Below are positions 48,370 through 57,255 of a DNA stretch of 64,000 nucleotides, piece by piece. This stretch comes from a bacterium. Its GTDB lineage: Bacteria; Patescibacteriota; Minisyncoccia; Minisyncoccales; DG-74-3. A program made the translations under genes and the position numbers. The DNA is taken from positions 1,418 through 65,417 of the forward strand of contig JAUVYE010000001.1 of NCBI GenBank assembly GCA_030603245.1, given 5' to 3'. Each line of letters begins with the position of its first letter. The stretch's first letter is position 1. The notes under the pieces were generated by a model that searched no databases, was not told where the DNA came from, and saw only the letters and a list, made by a program, of their open reading frames with translations.

Positions 48370-48397
48370 ATTATATATTTTCAAAAAGGGTTGTCAA
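48370..48397 (-). promoter_or_regulatory. Consensus sigma70 promoter for the Glu-rich protein
   Basis: TTGACA-N16-TATAAT on the minus strand. Confidence 0.7.
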
Positions 48398-48405
48398 GAG
48401 GAACT

Positions 48406-48705
48406 TTAAATCTTAACTTTTTCTTTTCTAAATTCTTTCTTCTTTTTATCCCAGCCCCAAATTTGGACTGACATTTCTATTTTAAATTTTTTAAGGAATT
48501 TTTGTATTTTTCTTCTTCTTGTAGAAATATTAGCTAAAGTGGTTAATTGGATTTTTTTCATTCTCTTTCCCTTAATAGCCAATAAATCAATAATCCCGAA
48601 AACGTCAGTTTGTTGATATTTTACTTTAGGGGCAAACCATACGATCCATCCTTTGTCTTTCAATATTTGAATTGCCTTTTTTCTAATAATGGCTTCTTTT
48701 GACAT
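48406..48705 (-). CDS. Small PD-(D/E)XK-like endonuclease (Hjc / Holliday junction resolvase-like)
   Basis: E.......L...GW.V, DVFGIIDLLAIK, IQL. Confidence 0.6.
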   Translation of the reverse strand: MSKEAIIRKKAIQILKDKGWIVWFAPKVKYQQTDVFGIIDLLAIKGKRMKKIQLTTLANISTRRRKIQKFLKKFKIEMSVQIWGWDKKKKEFRKEKVKI

Positions 48706-48707
48706 AT

Positions 48708-49439
48708 TTACAAAAGCTTGATATTAGAATAAATTTCTTGGACAGAATCGCTTTCATCCAAGCTTTCAAAAAGCTTTTCGCAAGCCTGTTTCTGCTTTTC
48801 TTCTATTTCAATTTCTTCTTTCGCAATCCATGCCAAAAAGACCGATTCAATTTTTTGTCCTTGTTTCTCTAAATCATTCTTTATATTTTCAAGATCATTT
48901 GCTTTTGTATAAATTTCTAAAAATCCATTACGCCAAAGCACATCTTCTGCTCCAGCCTCAATTGCCTTTAATTCTAACTCTTCTTTAAACTGGGGTGTTT
49001 GGTTTTCAGCTTTAATAATAACCACACCTTTTCTTTCAAAAAGCCATTTTACTGAACCTTCTCCAGCTAATTTTCCATTATGTTGATTTAAGATTTGTTT
49101 AATCTGGCCTAAAGCTCTGTTTTTATTGTCAGTAATTCCTTCAATAATAATGGCTATACCTCCAGGACCATAGGCTTCAAATAAAACTTCTTCTAATTGA
49201 GCTCCTTCTGTTTCCCCAACCCCCTTTTTGATAGCTCGCTCAATATTGTCTTTAGGAAGATTCATGGCCTTGGCTTGTTCAATTGTTAAACGCAACTTAG
49301 AATTAGTTTCAGGGTCTGCTCCTCCCTCGCGAGCTGCAATTGCAAGAACTCTTGCCATTTTTGAAAACACCTGACCTCTTTTAGCATCAGTGATAGATTT
49401 TTTATGTTTGATTTTTGAGAAATGAGAATGTCCACTCAT
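48708..49439 (-). CDS. yebC: YebC/PmpR family protein
   Basis: MSGHS...IKHKK...D..RG, EAYGPGG, TDNKNR. Confidence 0.95.
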   Translation of the reverse strand: MSGHSHFSKIKHKKSITDAKRGQVFSKMARVLAIAAREGGADPETNSKLRLTIEQAKAMNLPKDNIERAIKKGVGETEGAQLEEVLFEAYGPGGIAIIIEGITDNKNRALGQIKQILNQHNGKLAGEGSVKWLFERKGVVIIKAENQTPQFKEELELKAIEAGAEDVLWRNGFLEIYTKANDLENIKNDLEKQGQKIESVFLAWIAKEEIEIEEKQKQACEKLFESLDESDSVQEIYSNIKLL

Positions 49440-49472
49440 GTTTTTTTATTCTATTCTAGTTTGTTTTTAAAA

Positions 49473-50417
49473 TCAATTAGACCTTATTCTTTTTCTAAAT
49501 ATTAGAATTATTATTCCTGAAGCAAAAGCAAGAACTATGGCAGAGGATAAAACATTAAGAAAATTGAAAGGCTCTATAATCTGCTCGCTGATTGCAGCCA
49601 GTTCTTTTTTAGAAAGATCATTGTCTGTTCCATTTTCAAGAGATATATTTTTTATCTCTACCTGAACAGATTCTTCTTTTATAACAATATTTTCTTTTCC
49701 TGGAGTAAGAGTTGAGCTCCAAAACCAGCCAGATTCGGTTTGATTATATGATTGCCCTAGACGAGCTTTTTCAAAATCTACTCTATCTATAGTTTTTCCA
49801 TCAGGCTGGATAAGATTTAATCCGTCACCACCATTGTTTAAAGTAATTTTTGTTATTTCTCTTGAGAGAACCAAGAATTCCTTAGCTAAAATCTGAGCTG
49901 TTTTTGAAAAGACAAAAGTATGAATACTACCTTTTGAATCTTTTATTTTCCAATCGGCAAGCGAAACTATAAAATTATTTTGGTTAAAAATCTCAATCCA
50001 TTCATTCTCTGTATCTGGTCCTTCGGGGGAGGGAAGAATTTCATTAATAATAATTCCAGAAGAATAGTTTATAGATTCTTGGGTTTGTGTTTCAATAATA
50101 GGTTCTTGAATGAGTTGCGATCCTGTAACCCAAGCTAGATCTTGTTTTTTAATATCCTGGACCCTAGCTTCACCTATACCTTTTATTCTAATAAGGTCAT
50201 CTAAGGAAGAGAACGGCCTTAAAGAAATTAACTCCAATGCTCTTTTTTCTCCTATATGGATAATTTTAACCAAGTCTTCCAGTGGTGCAGTATTAATGTC
50301 TATTTGAATAGCATTAAGAGGTTTATTGGATGGCAGTAAAAGCAAAAAAAGAGATAGCAAGCTTAAAAGAACAAATCCCTTTCTATTTTGCCTTGAAGCC
50401 CTTGACAAATTTTGCAT
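49473..50417 (-). CDS. ComEA-like helix-hairpin-helix plus lamin-tail-domain membrane protein
   Basis: IDINTA..EDL..I..IG..RA...RPFSSLDDL.RIKGIG; IIINEILPSP.G.D.ENEWIE..N, LNNGGD, TPG..N; C-terminal TM. Confidence 0.8.
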   Translation of the reverse strand: MQNLSRASRQNRKGFVLLSLLSLFLLLLPSNKPLNAIQIDINTAPLEDLVKIIHIGEKRALELISLRPFSSLDDLIRIKGIGEARVQDIKKQDLAWVTGSQLIQEPIIETQTQESINYSSGIIINEILPSPEGPDTENEWIEIFNQNNFIVSLADWKIKDSKGSIHTFVFSKTAQILAKEFLVLSREITKITLNNGGDGLNLIQPDGKTIDRVDFEKARLGQSYNQTESGWFWSSTLTPGKENIVIKEESVQVEIKNISLENGTDNDLSKKELAAISEQIIEPFNFLNVLSSAIVLAFASGIIILIFRKRIRSN

Positions 50418-50430
50418 AATTTGCTATTAT
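50402..50430 (+). promoter_or_regulatory. Sigma70 promoter pointing into a structured non-coding region
   Basis: TTGACA-N17-TATTAT with TG extended -10. Confidence 0.6.
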
Positions 50431-50446
50431 ATTAATACTAACACAC

Positions 50447-50580
50447 AAGCCCCATGGCTGGGGGTTTAGGAATTTCTCTTAGCCGGACAGTTTGGCTTAG
50501 GCGAAATTACTCCTCAGAGATGTTCCGCACTTATGTTCCAAATACTTGAGTTAGCCCCCAGCCATGGGGCTTTTTGTTTT
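50447..50580 (+). ncRNA. Candidate structured small RNA (family unassigned)
   Basis: Perfect 18-bp GC-rich closing stem (50447-64 with 50555-72), internal hairpin, upstream promoter, 3' T-tract. Confidence 0.5.
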
Positions 50581-50581
50581 C

Positions 50582-51886
50582 TTAACCCATTACTTTTTCT
50601 ATTTCTTCTATTGTTGTTATTCCTTCTAAAACTTTTATTAATCCATCTTGTTTCATAGTAACCATCCCTTTTTTAATTGCTTTTTCTTCCAAAGAAGCTA
50701 TTGAAGGATTGGTTAGTATGAATTTTTCCATTTCATTATCAATAAAAAATGCTTCAAAAATTCCTATTCTTCCTCTAAAACCAGTAGAATTACAATCTTT
50801 GCAACCTACAGTTTCGGGGATTTTAAATCCTTTAATCAATTTCGGTATTTTTATTTGCTTAGAAAGTCCCCGTAAATCTTTTTTAATCTTTTTTAATTCT
50901 TGATCTGAGATACTTCTTAATTTCGAACACTTTTTACAAACTTTTCTTACTAATCTTTGAGCAATAGCTATATTAATAGCTGGGCCAATATTACTTGTTT
51001 TAGCTCCTAAGCTAATTAATCTGGCTACTGTTCCAGCAGCATCATTGGTATGTAAAGTAGTGAAAACCAGGTGACCCGTTAGGGCAGCCTGAAGAGCTAT
51101 TTGAGCTGTTTCTAAATCTCTAATTTCCCCTACCAAAATAACATCAGGATCTTGTCTCATAATAGATCTTAAGCCATTGGCAAAGTCATAACCCTTTTTA
51201 GGATTTGTTTGAGTTTGAGAAATTCCTTTTAGATGATATTCAATCGGATCTTCAATAGTGATAATTTTATTTTCTGGGCTTTGCAGTTTTTTCAAGAAAG
51301 CATAAAGAGTAGTAGTTTTTCCGGAACCAGTTGGTCCAGTAACAATAATCATTCCATTTGGTTTTTTAATTTCTTTATTAAAAGAAGTTTGTAAATCTTT
51401 TCTTAGGCCCAAAGTTTCAATGCCCATCAAGTTTTTTGGATTTAAAATTCTTAAAACAATTGATTCTCCATGTTCAGCAGGTAAGCTTGAGGCCCTAATT
51501 TCAATTAAGTTTTGTCCCCAAAAAACAGAAAATCGACCATCTTGAGGTCGATCACTAATATTCAGTTTAAGTCCAGAAAGAAGTTTAATTCTACTTAGAA
51601 TTCCTTGAAAGATTTCTAAATCAAAAATTATAATGTCTTGAAGAACTCCATCAATTCTTGCTCTTAGGCGAGCTTGTTTTTCCGTAGGTTCAATATGAAT
51701 GTCAGAAGTTTCAAGTAAAATTGCTCCACCTAAAATTATTTCTAAAATATCAGTAATTCTTTCTTTTGAGGCTTTTTCAATCTTTTTTCCAAATTCAGAA
51801 ATATTTTTTATTTCTTTTTCAATCTCTTCAACAATTTCAGGAGAAATTTCTACACTACCTGTAATTTTTTTTGAAACTTTCTCCAT
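50582..51886 (-). CDS. pilB: Type IV pilus assembly ATPase PilB/GspE family
   Basis: SDIHIEP, PQDGR, TGPTGSGKTTTLY, EDPIE, RQDPDVILVGEIRD, TGHLV.TTLHTN, two CxxC motifs. Confidence 0.9.
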   Translation of the reverse strand: MEKVSKKITGSVEISPEIVEEIEKEIKNISEFGKKIEKASKERITDILEIILGGAILLETSDIHIEPTEKQARLRARIDGVLQDIIIFDLEIFQGILSRIKLLSGLKLNISDRPQDGRFSVFWGQNLIEIRASSLPAEHGESIVLRILNPKNLMGIETLGLRKDLQTSFNKEIKKPNGMIIVTGPTGSGKTTTLYAFLKKLQSPENKIITIEDPIEYHLKGISQTQTNPKKGYDFANGLRSIMRQDPDVILVGEIRDLETAQIALQAALTGHLVFTTLHTNDAAGTVARLISLGAKTSNIGPAINIAIAQRLVRKVCKKCSKLRSISDQELKKIKKDLRGLSKQIKIPKLIKGFKIPETVGCKDCNSTGFRGRIGIFEAFFIDNEMEKFILTNPSIASLEEKAIKKGMVTMKQDGLIKVLEGITTIEEIEKVMG

Positions 51887-51949
51887 TAAAAGATAAAATT
51901 AAATAAGCTTTTGATTTTTTAATTTATCTTAAATTCTATTGAAAGTCAA

Positions 51950-52384
51950 ATGATAACAAATAGTGTCTTAGAAACAAAAAAAATAGGGAGTAATTTAGCT
52001 CACCAAATCCTAAAAAACAAACTTTCAAAACAAGCAATTGTAATTGGATTAGAAGGAAGTTTAGGTGGAGGAAAAACAAGTTTTGCTCAGGGTTTTGCTA
52101 AAGGATTAGGAATCAAAGAAAAGATTTTAAGCCCTACTTTTGTTATTATGAAGCGATTTGCGATTCAGAATCTACAATTTACAAACTTATATCATTTTGA
52201 TTGTTATCGAATTGACAAACCCTCAGAACTTTTAGAATTAGGATTTAAAAAAATTATTCAAAATCCTAATAATATTGTTATTATTGAGTGGGCAGACAAA
52301 ATTAAAAAAATATTACCTCAAAGAATAATACGAGTTACATTTGATTTTTTAGCTGAAAAGAAAAGAAAGATTATTATTAAATAA
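51950..52384 (+). CDS. tsaE: tRNA t6A biosynthesis ATPase TsaE
   Basis: G.LGGGKT, SPTF, HFDCYR, IEWA. Confidence 0.93.
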   Translation: MITNSVLETKKIGSNLAHQILKNKLSKQAIVIGLEGSLGGGKTSFAQGFAKGLGIKEKILSPTFVIMKRFAIQNLQFTNLYHFDCYRIDKPSELLELGFKKIIQNPNNIVIIEWADKIKKILPQRIIRVTFDFLAEKKRKIIIK

Positions 52385-52393
52385 TATAAAATA

Positions 52394-53365
52394 ATGGCAC
52401 CCAAAAAGATAAAACGTCTTATTATCATAGATGCTAATTCAATAATTCATCGAGCTTTTCATGCCTTACCTCCTTTAACCAATAAAAAAGGCGAGCAAAT
52501 TGGTGCTGTCTACGGTTTTTTATTGGCTTTTTTTAAATCTATGAAAGATTTTAAACCAGACTTTGTTGCAGCCTGTTTTGATGTTCATGCCCCAACGTTT
52601 CGTCATAAAAAGTTTAAACAATATAAAGCCAAAAGGCCACCTGCTCCAAAAGAATTGTATAGTCAGATTCCTAAAGTGAAAGAAGTTTTAGCGACCCTGA
52701 AGGTGCCTGTTTTTGAAAAAGAAGGTTTTGAGGCAGACGATATTATAGGAACTATTGCTAAATTAGCTCCCCGAAAACAAGTGATTCCTAAGTTAGAAAC
52801 AATTATTTTAACTGGAGACAGAGATGCTTTACAATTAGTAAACTCTAAGACAAAGGTATTTGCCTTAAGCAGAGGAATTAAAAACGCTATTTTGTATAAC
52901 CAAAGTCAAGTGCAAGAAAAGTATGGGATTTCTTCTCAACAAATTATTGATTATAAAGCATTAAAGGGAGATGCCTCTGACAATATTCCCGGAGTTACTG
53001 GTATTGGAGATAAAACTGCTGTTAAGCTTCTTCAGCAATTTGAAAGCTTAGAGAATTTATATCAAGAACTTGAAACTAGTTCGGAAAAAGCCAAAGAAAT
53101 CAAACCCAAGTTAAGAGAGTTATTATTACAATACAAAGACCAGGCATTTTTAAGTAAATTCTTAGCTACTATTAATCAAAATGTCCAAATAGATTTTAAT
53201 TTGCAGAAATGTAAATGGGGGAGGTATGATATGAAACAAATTTCAAAAACATTTGAAGAAATAGGTTTGTATAGTTTAATAAAAAGATTATCAGAATTAG
53301 ACAATAATATTGTAAACCAGACAGAACCGAAAAAAAGAATTAAAAAGAACCTAAGATTATGGTAA
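52394..53365 (+). CDS. Stand-alone 5'-3' exonuclease / flap endonuclease (Pol I N-terminal domain)
   Basis: IDANS..HRAFHA, YKAKR, EADDIIGT, TGDRD..QL, GDASDNIPGV.GIG.KTA; stop after 323 aa with no polymerase domain. Confidence 0.9.
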   Translation: MAPKKIKRLIIIDANSIIHRAFHALPPLTNKKGEQIGAVYGFLLAFFKSMKDFKPDFVAACFDVHAPTFRHKKFKQYKAKRPPAPKELYSQIPKVKEVLATLKVPVFEKEGFEADDIIGTIAKLAPRKQVIPKLETIILTGDRDALQLVNSKTKVFALSRGIKNAILYNQSQVQEKYGISSQQIIDYKALKGDASDNIPGVTGIGDKTAVKLLQQFESLENLYQELETSSEKAKEIKPKLRELLLQYKDQAFLSKFLATINQNVQIDFNLQKCKWGRYDMKQISKTFEEIGLYSLIKRLSELDNNIVNQTEPKKRIKKNLRLW

Positions 53366-53387
53366 AATATGGTTAAAGAAAGAAAAA

Positions 53388-54221
53388 ATGAAAAACAATA
53401 ACAAGCAGTCATTTAAAGAATTCGAAGTTTTTACAGGAGAAGAAGAAAAACGATTTCTTAACCAACTTGCGCTCGGCGATCTTTTTTTCTTGGCAGCCAC
53501 TTTGATTTTGATGATTCTTTCTGAGAATATTTTTCATATGAATATTTTTGGTTGGAAACAATACTGGATTCTATTCTTTGCTAATGCGATATTTTTTAGT
53601 TATTTTATTTTGGCTTTGAAGAAGAATTTTAAGGTTTGGTTGCTAAAATATCTTTTAGCAATTTCTGTTCCCATACTATTTGGAGGATGGATTTATTTTT
53701 CAGATCCAGCATATGTTAAAGTATTGTTTGGCGGTCCTACAGTGGCGCTGGCAATGATTGGTTTTATTTTCTATAATTCCCAGCTTCTTTTAATAACTTC
53801 TTTAATAACCGCTGTTACGTATTGGTTTTTGATTTTCAATTTTTCGAGAGTTGGTTCTCCCTTAAAACCTTACGAGACTTACTTGATCTATATGTTTCTT
53901 ATGATGGGAACAATACTCTATTTTGCCCTAATAGAAAGAACCAAAATCTTTTTAAAAGAACTTTTAAAAATAAGAAGTGAGCTTCAGGGGGCAAAAACTG
54001 TGCTAGAAATAAAAGTTAAAGCAAGGACAGAAGAATTAGAAGAACTAACTAAAACACTTGACCAGAAAGTTGGGCAAAGAACCAAAGAGGTAGAAGAAAG
54101 TAAAAAGATTTTAGAAAAAAGAGTTGATGAGCTTGAAAGATTGCATAAGCTTACTGTTGGTAGAGAACTTAAGATGTTAGAGTTGAAAAAGGAAATTAAA
54201 ATATTAAAAGGAAAAAAATAA
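53388..54221 (+). CDS. Polytopic membrane sensor-like protein with C-terminal coiled coil, no kinase domain
   Basis: About 6 TMs, then LEIKVKARTEEL...ERLHKLTVGRELKMLELK. Confidence 0.7.
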   Translation: MKNNNKQSFKEFEVFTGEEEKRFLNQLALGDLFFLAATLILMILSENIFHMNIFGWKQYWILFFANAIFFSYFILALKKNFKVWLLKYLLAISVPILFGGWIYFSDPAYVKVLFGGPTVALAMIGFIFYNSQLLLITSLITAVTYWFLIFNFSRVGSPLKPYETYLIYMFLMMGTILYFALIERTKIFLKELLKIRSELQGAKTVLEIKVKARTEELEELTKTLDQKVGQRTKEVEESKKILEKRVDELERLHKLTVGRELKMLELKKEIKILKGKK

Positions 54222-54249
54222 AAAATTAAAAATTAATATATTAAAAAAC

Positions 54250-55041
54250 ATGATAAAAAAAAGCACTATTTTAATAATCTTTGCAATTCTTATCAGCACA
54301 ATAATTCTCCTTAACAGGGACAAGCCATCTTTAGAAAATGCTCAAGATCCTCTTTTGAAAGCAATTCAAGACCGGGGTGAAATTATTATAGGCACTGATG
54401 CTACTTATCCACCCATGGAAAGTATTGATGAACTGGGAAATTTTTTAGGCATGGACATAGATATAGCTAATGAAATTGCATTAGATCTTAATGTGAAAGC
54501 AAGTTTTGTAAACATTGCCTGGGAAGATATTTTTGATGCAGTAAGAGAGAGCAGGGTAGACATAATAATATCTTCCATTACCATAACCAGCGAGAGGATT
54601 AGGATTATGGATTTTTCCGACCCTTATTTTAATGCCGGTCAAGTAGTTATTGTTAAAATAGGCATTAAAGATATTGAAGGAGTAGAAGACCTAAAGAACT
54701 ATAATGTAGGTGTTCAACTAGGAACAACTAGTGAGCAGGAAGTTAAAAAATATGTTAGTGACCCATCTTTTATAAAGACCTATGAAAATTATTATATAGC
54801 TAAAAATGATTTATTGAATGGAAAAATTGATGCTATTGTAACTGATTATCCAGGAGCAGTTGGATTAATAGCTCAAGAAGAAAGTTTAGAGATAGTAGGG
54901 GAACCTTTTACTCAAGAATTTTATGGTGTAGTTATACAAAAAGATCAACAGGTTTTGCTTACTCAAATTAATAACACTATAAGGCGCCTTAAAAGAGAAG
55001 GAAAGTTTAAGGTTTTAGAGCAAAAGTGGTTGGTTCAATAA
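54250..55041 (+). CDS. Polar amino-acid-type solute-binding protein (SBP family 3)
   Basis: IGTDATYPPME, GMDIDIA, IT.ER...DFSDPYF, GVQLGTT. Confidence 0.9.
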   Translation: MIKKSTILIIFAILISTIILLNRDKPSLENAQDPLLKAIQDRGEIIIGTDATYPPMESIDELGNFLGMDIDIANEIALDLNVKASFVNIAWEDIFDAVRESRVDIIISSITITSERIRIMDFSDPYFNAGQVVIVKIGIKDIEGVEDLKNYNVGVQLGTTSEQEVKKYVSDPSFIKTYENYYIAKNDLLNGKIDAIVTDYPGAVGLIAQEESLEIVGEPFTQEFYGVVIQKDQQVLLTQINNTIRRLKREGKFKVLEQKWLVQ

Positions 55042-55065
55042 ATAAAACCAAAATTTGTTTTTTTA

Positions 55066-55995
55066 ATGACAATTAAACTTAATCTTCAGTTTAAATTACT
55101 TATTGCTGTTGCTACAGTTATTATTGTGGCTCTAGTTAGCTTGGGTTATCTTACTATCAAGACCCAAGAAGAATTTTATCAGACTCTTTTTCAGGATTCA
55201 GCTATTACTTTGGCTCAGGCATTAGATGCTGGCATTGGTAGTAAAGAAGAACTAAAAGATATTAGTAAGCTGCAATCTGATATTTATAAAACCATATGGC
55301 TTAATTCTAATATTGTACAGATTAGTATTAGCTTACCTACGGATCATGGTTTCCGGATTGTGGCATCTAATAACACTTCTTTAATAAACACTATTGCAAT
55401 TCCAGAGTATCTATCCTCTTATCAAGAAGGAGTAATTTTAACGCATATCTTAACTGATATAGATGGGAAGAGAATATTTAGAGTGATTACTCCGGTTCAT
55501 GTAGGGGGTCAGCGAGTTGGGACATATGATTTAAGGTTGTCATTAGAGTCTTCGGAAAAAAACATTACTGAAACACAAAACATACTTTTATTTGGTGTAC
55601 TAATAACTATTTTAATAATTATCTATACACTTTCTCTTTTGATAAAAAAGACAGTAATAGTTCCGATTAAAGAATTAGAAAAAGGAATTAAAAGAATAGG
55701 TGCCGGTGATTTAGATTATAGAATAGATATTGGCGGAGGAGATGAAATGGAAAACTTGGCTTTTGGGCTTAATGTAATGGCTTCTAAATTAAAAAATAGA
55801 AAAGAAGACTTAGCAAGAGAAAAAACATATTTAGAAGAAAAAGTTAAACAAAGAACAAAAGAGCTTCAAGAAAGAGTTAACGAGCTAGAAAGTTTTCATA
55901 AATTAACCATAGACAGAGAGTTAAAAATGATAGAATTAAAAGATGAGATTAAGAGATTAAAAGTAAAAAAACAAAAAAGGTCGAAAAAATTATAA
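55066..55995 (+). CDS. 2-TM extracellular sensor plus HAMP protein with C-terminal coiled coil, no kinase domain
   Basis: TM-periplasmic-TM, PIKEL....RIGAGDLDYRI....DEM..LA..LN.M, then EKVKQRTKEL...FHKLTIDRELKMIELK. Confidence 0.8.
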   Translation: MTIKLNLQFKLLIAVATVIIVALVSLGYLTIKTQEEFYQTLFQDSAITLAQALDAGIGSKEELKDISKLQSDIYKTIWLNSNIVQISISLPTDHGFRIVASNNTSLINTIAIPEYLSSYQEGVILTHILTDIDGKRIFRVITPVHVGGQRVGTYDLRLSLESSEKNITETQNILLFGVLITILIIIYTLSLLIKKTVIVPIKELEKGIKRIGAGDLDYRIDIGGGDEMENLAFGLNVMASKLKNRKEDLAREKTYLEEKVKQRTKELQERVNELESFHKLTIDRELKMIELKDEIKRLKVKKQKRSKKL

Positions 55996-56023
55996 TTAAA
56001 AGAAGAAATTTATAAATGTATAT

Positions 56024-57214
56024 ATGATTAAAGCAGGTATAGGAAAAAGTAATAATCCCGATGCTTTTAAAGCCGGAGCTGAAGCATGTGAGCAAGCTAT
56101 GAAGCAAATTAGTGGAGAACCAAAATTTATTCTAGCTTTTTCTACAGTTTCCTACGACCAAGAAAAGGCTCTTGAGGGAGTAAGATCCGTATCTGGTCAG
56201 GTCTCTTTGGTGGGATGTAGCGATGCTGGAGAAATTACTACTGAAGGACCAGTATTAAAACATATAGTTGTTATGGCCCTTGATTCATCTGATATTGGGT
56301 GGACAATTGGGGTGGGAAAAGGCACAATCAAAGATTCTTTTCAAGCAGGAAAAGAAGCAGCTGAAAGTGTGAAAAGTAATGCCAAGAAACCAATTTCTTT
56401 GTTTATAATGCTTTTAGATGGTTTGTCAGAAAATGGAGCAGCAGCAGTAAGAGGGGCTCAGGAGGTTTTAGGGAAAAATTTTCCCATTATGGGTGGTTCA
56501 GCGGGAGATGATTTTCTTTTTGAAAAAACCTATCAATATCACAATGATAAAGTTTTAAATGATACTGTTATAGGAATAGGGCTTTCTGGAGAATTCTCTT
56601 TTGGTGTAGGAGTGCGGCATGGTTGGGAACCAATTGGTCTACCAATGAAAGTCACAAAAGCCGAAGGAGCAAAATTAATTGAAATAGATGATCGTCCTGC
56701 CCTTTCTATTTACGAGGACTATTTTGGTAAAAAGGCCGAAGAATTAACTAAAGAGCCGATTGCCAAAATGGCTTATACTTATCCTTTGGGAATGAGCGTT
56801 AAGGGAAGTTCCGAGCTTTTGATTCGAGATGTGGTGATTGCTAATGAAAAAGGAGAAATTAATTGCGCGGCTGAAATTCCCCAAGGGGTTGAGATTCGAT
56901 TAATGTTAGGAGATTCAGAAAAAGCCATTCAAGCTGCTAGAGAAGCAGCAGAAGGAGCTCTAGCTCAACTTAAAGGAGTAAAACCAAAAGTGATTTTTGT
57001 ATTTAATTGCATAGCAAGATGGAAGCTCTTGGGACCAAAAATAGGGGAAGAGATTAAAGTTATTCAAGAAGTTTTAGGAAAAGAAGTTCCTTTGATTGGT
57101 TTTTATACTTATGGAGAGATAGCTCCGCTGGGAGGATTGTTAGGTTCAGAGTGCTTTTCCGTATTTCATAACGAAACAATGACTCTACTCGTCTTGGGAG
57201 AAAAAAATCAATAA
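56024..57214 (+). CDS. FIST N/C domain protein (NosP-like)
   Basis: GCSDAGEI, GGSAGD, HGWEPIG, FNCIAR, GFYTYGEI, FHNET. Confidence 0.9.
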   Translation: MIKAGIGKSNNPDAFKAGAEACEQAMKQISGEPKFILAFSTVSYDQEKALEGVRSVSGQVSLVGCSDAGEITTEGPVLKHIVVMALDSSDIGWTIGVGKGTIKDSFQAGKEAAESVKSNAKKPISLFIMLLDGLSENGAAAVRGAQEVLGKNFPIMGGSAGDDFLFEKTYQYHNDKVLNDTVIGIGLSGEFSFGVGVRHGWEPIGLPMKVTKAEGAKLIEIDDRPALSIYEDYFGKKAEELTKEPIAKMAYTYPLGMSVKGSSELLIRDVVIANEKGEINCAAEIPQGVEIRLMLGDSEKAIQAAREAAEGALAQLKGVKPKVIFVFNCIARWKLLGPKIGEEIKVIQEVLGKEVPLIGFYTYGEIAPLGGLLGSECFSVFHNETMTLLVLGEKNQ

Positions 57215-57255
57215 ATTCTAAGGTTTTAGTGCAAGAAGATTAAAGCAAGAATATT

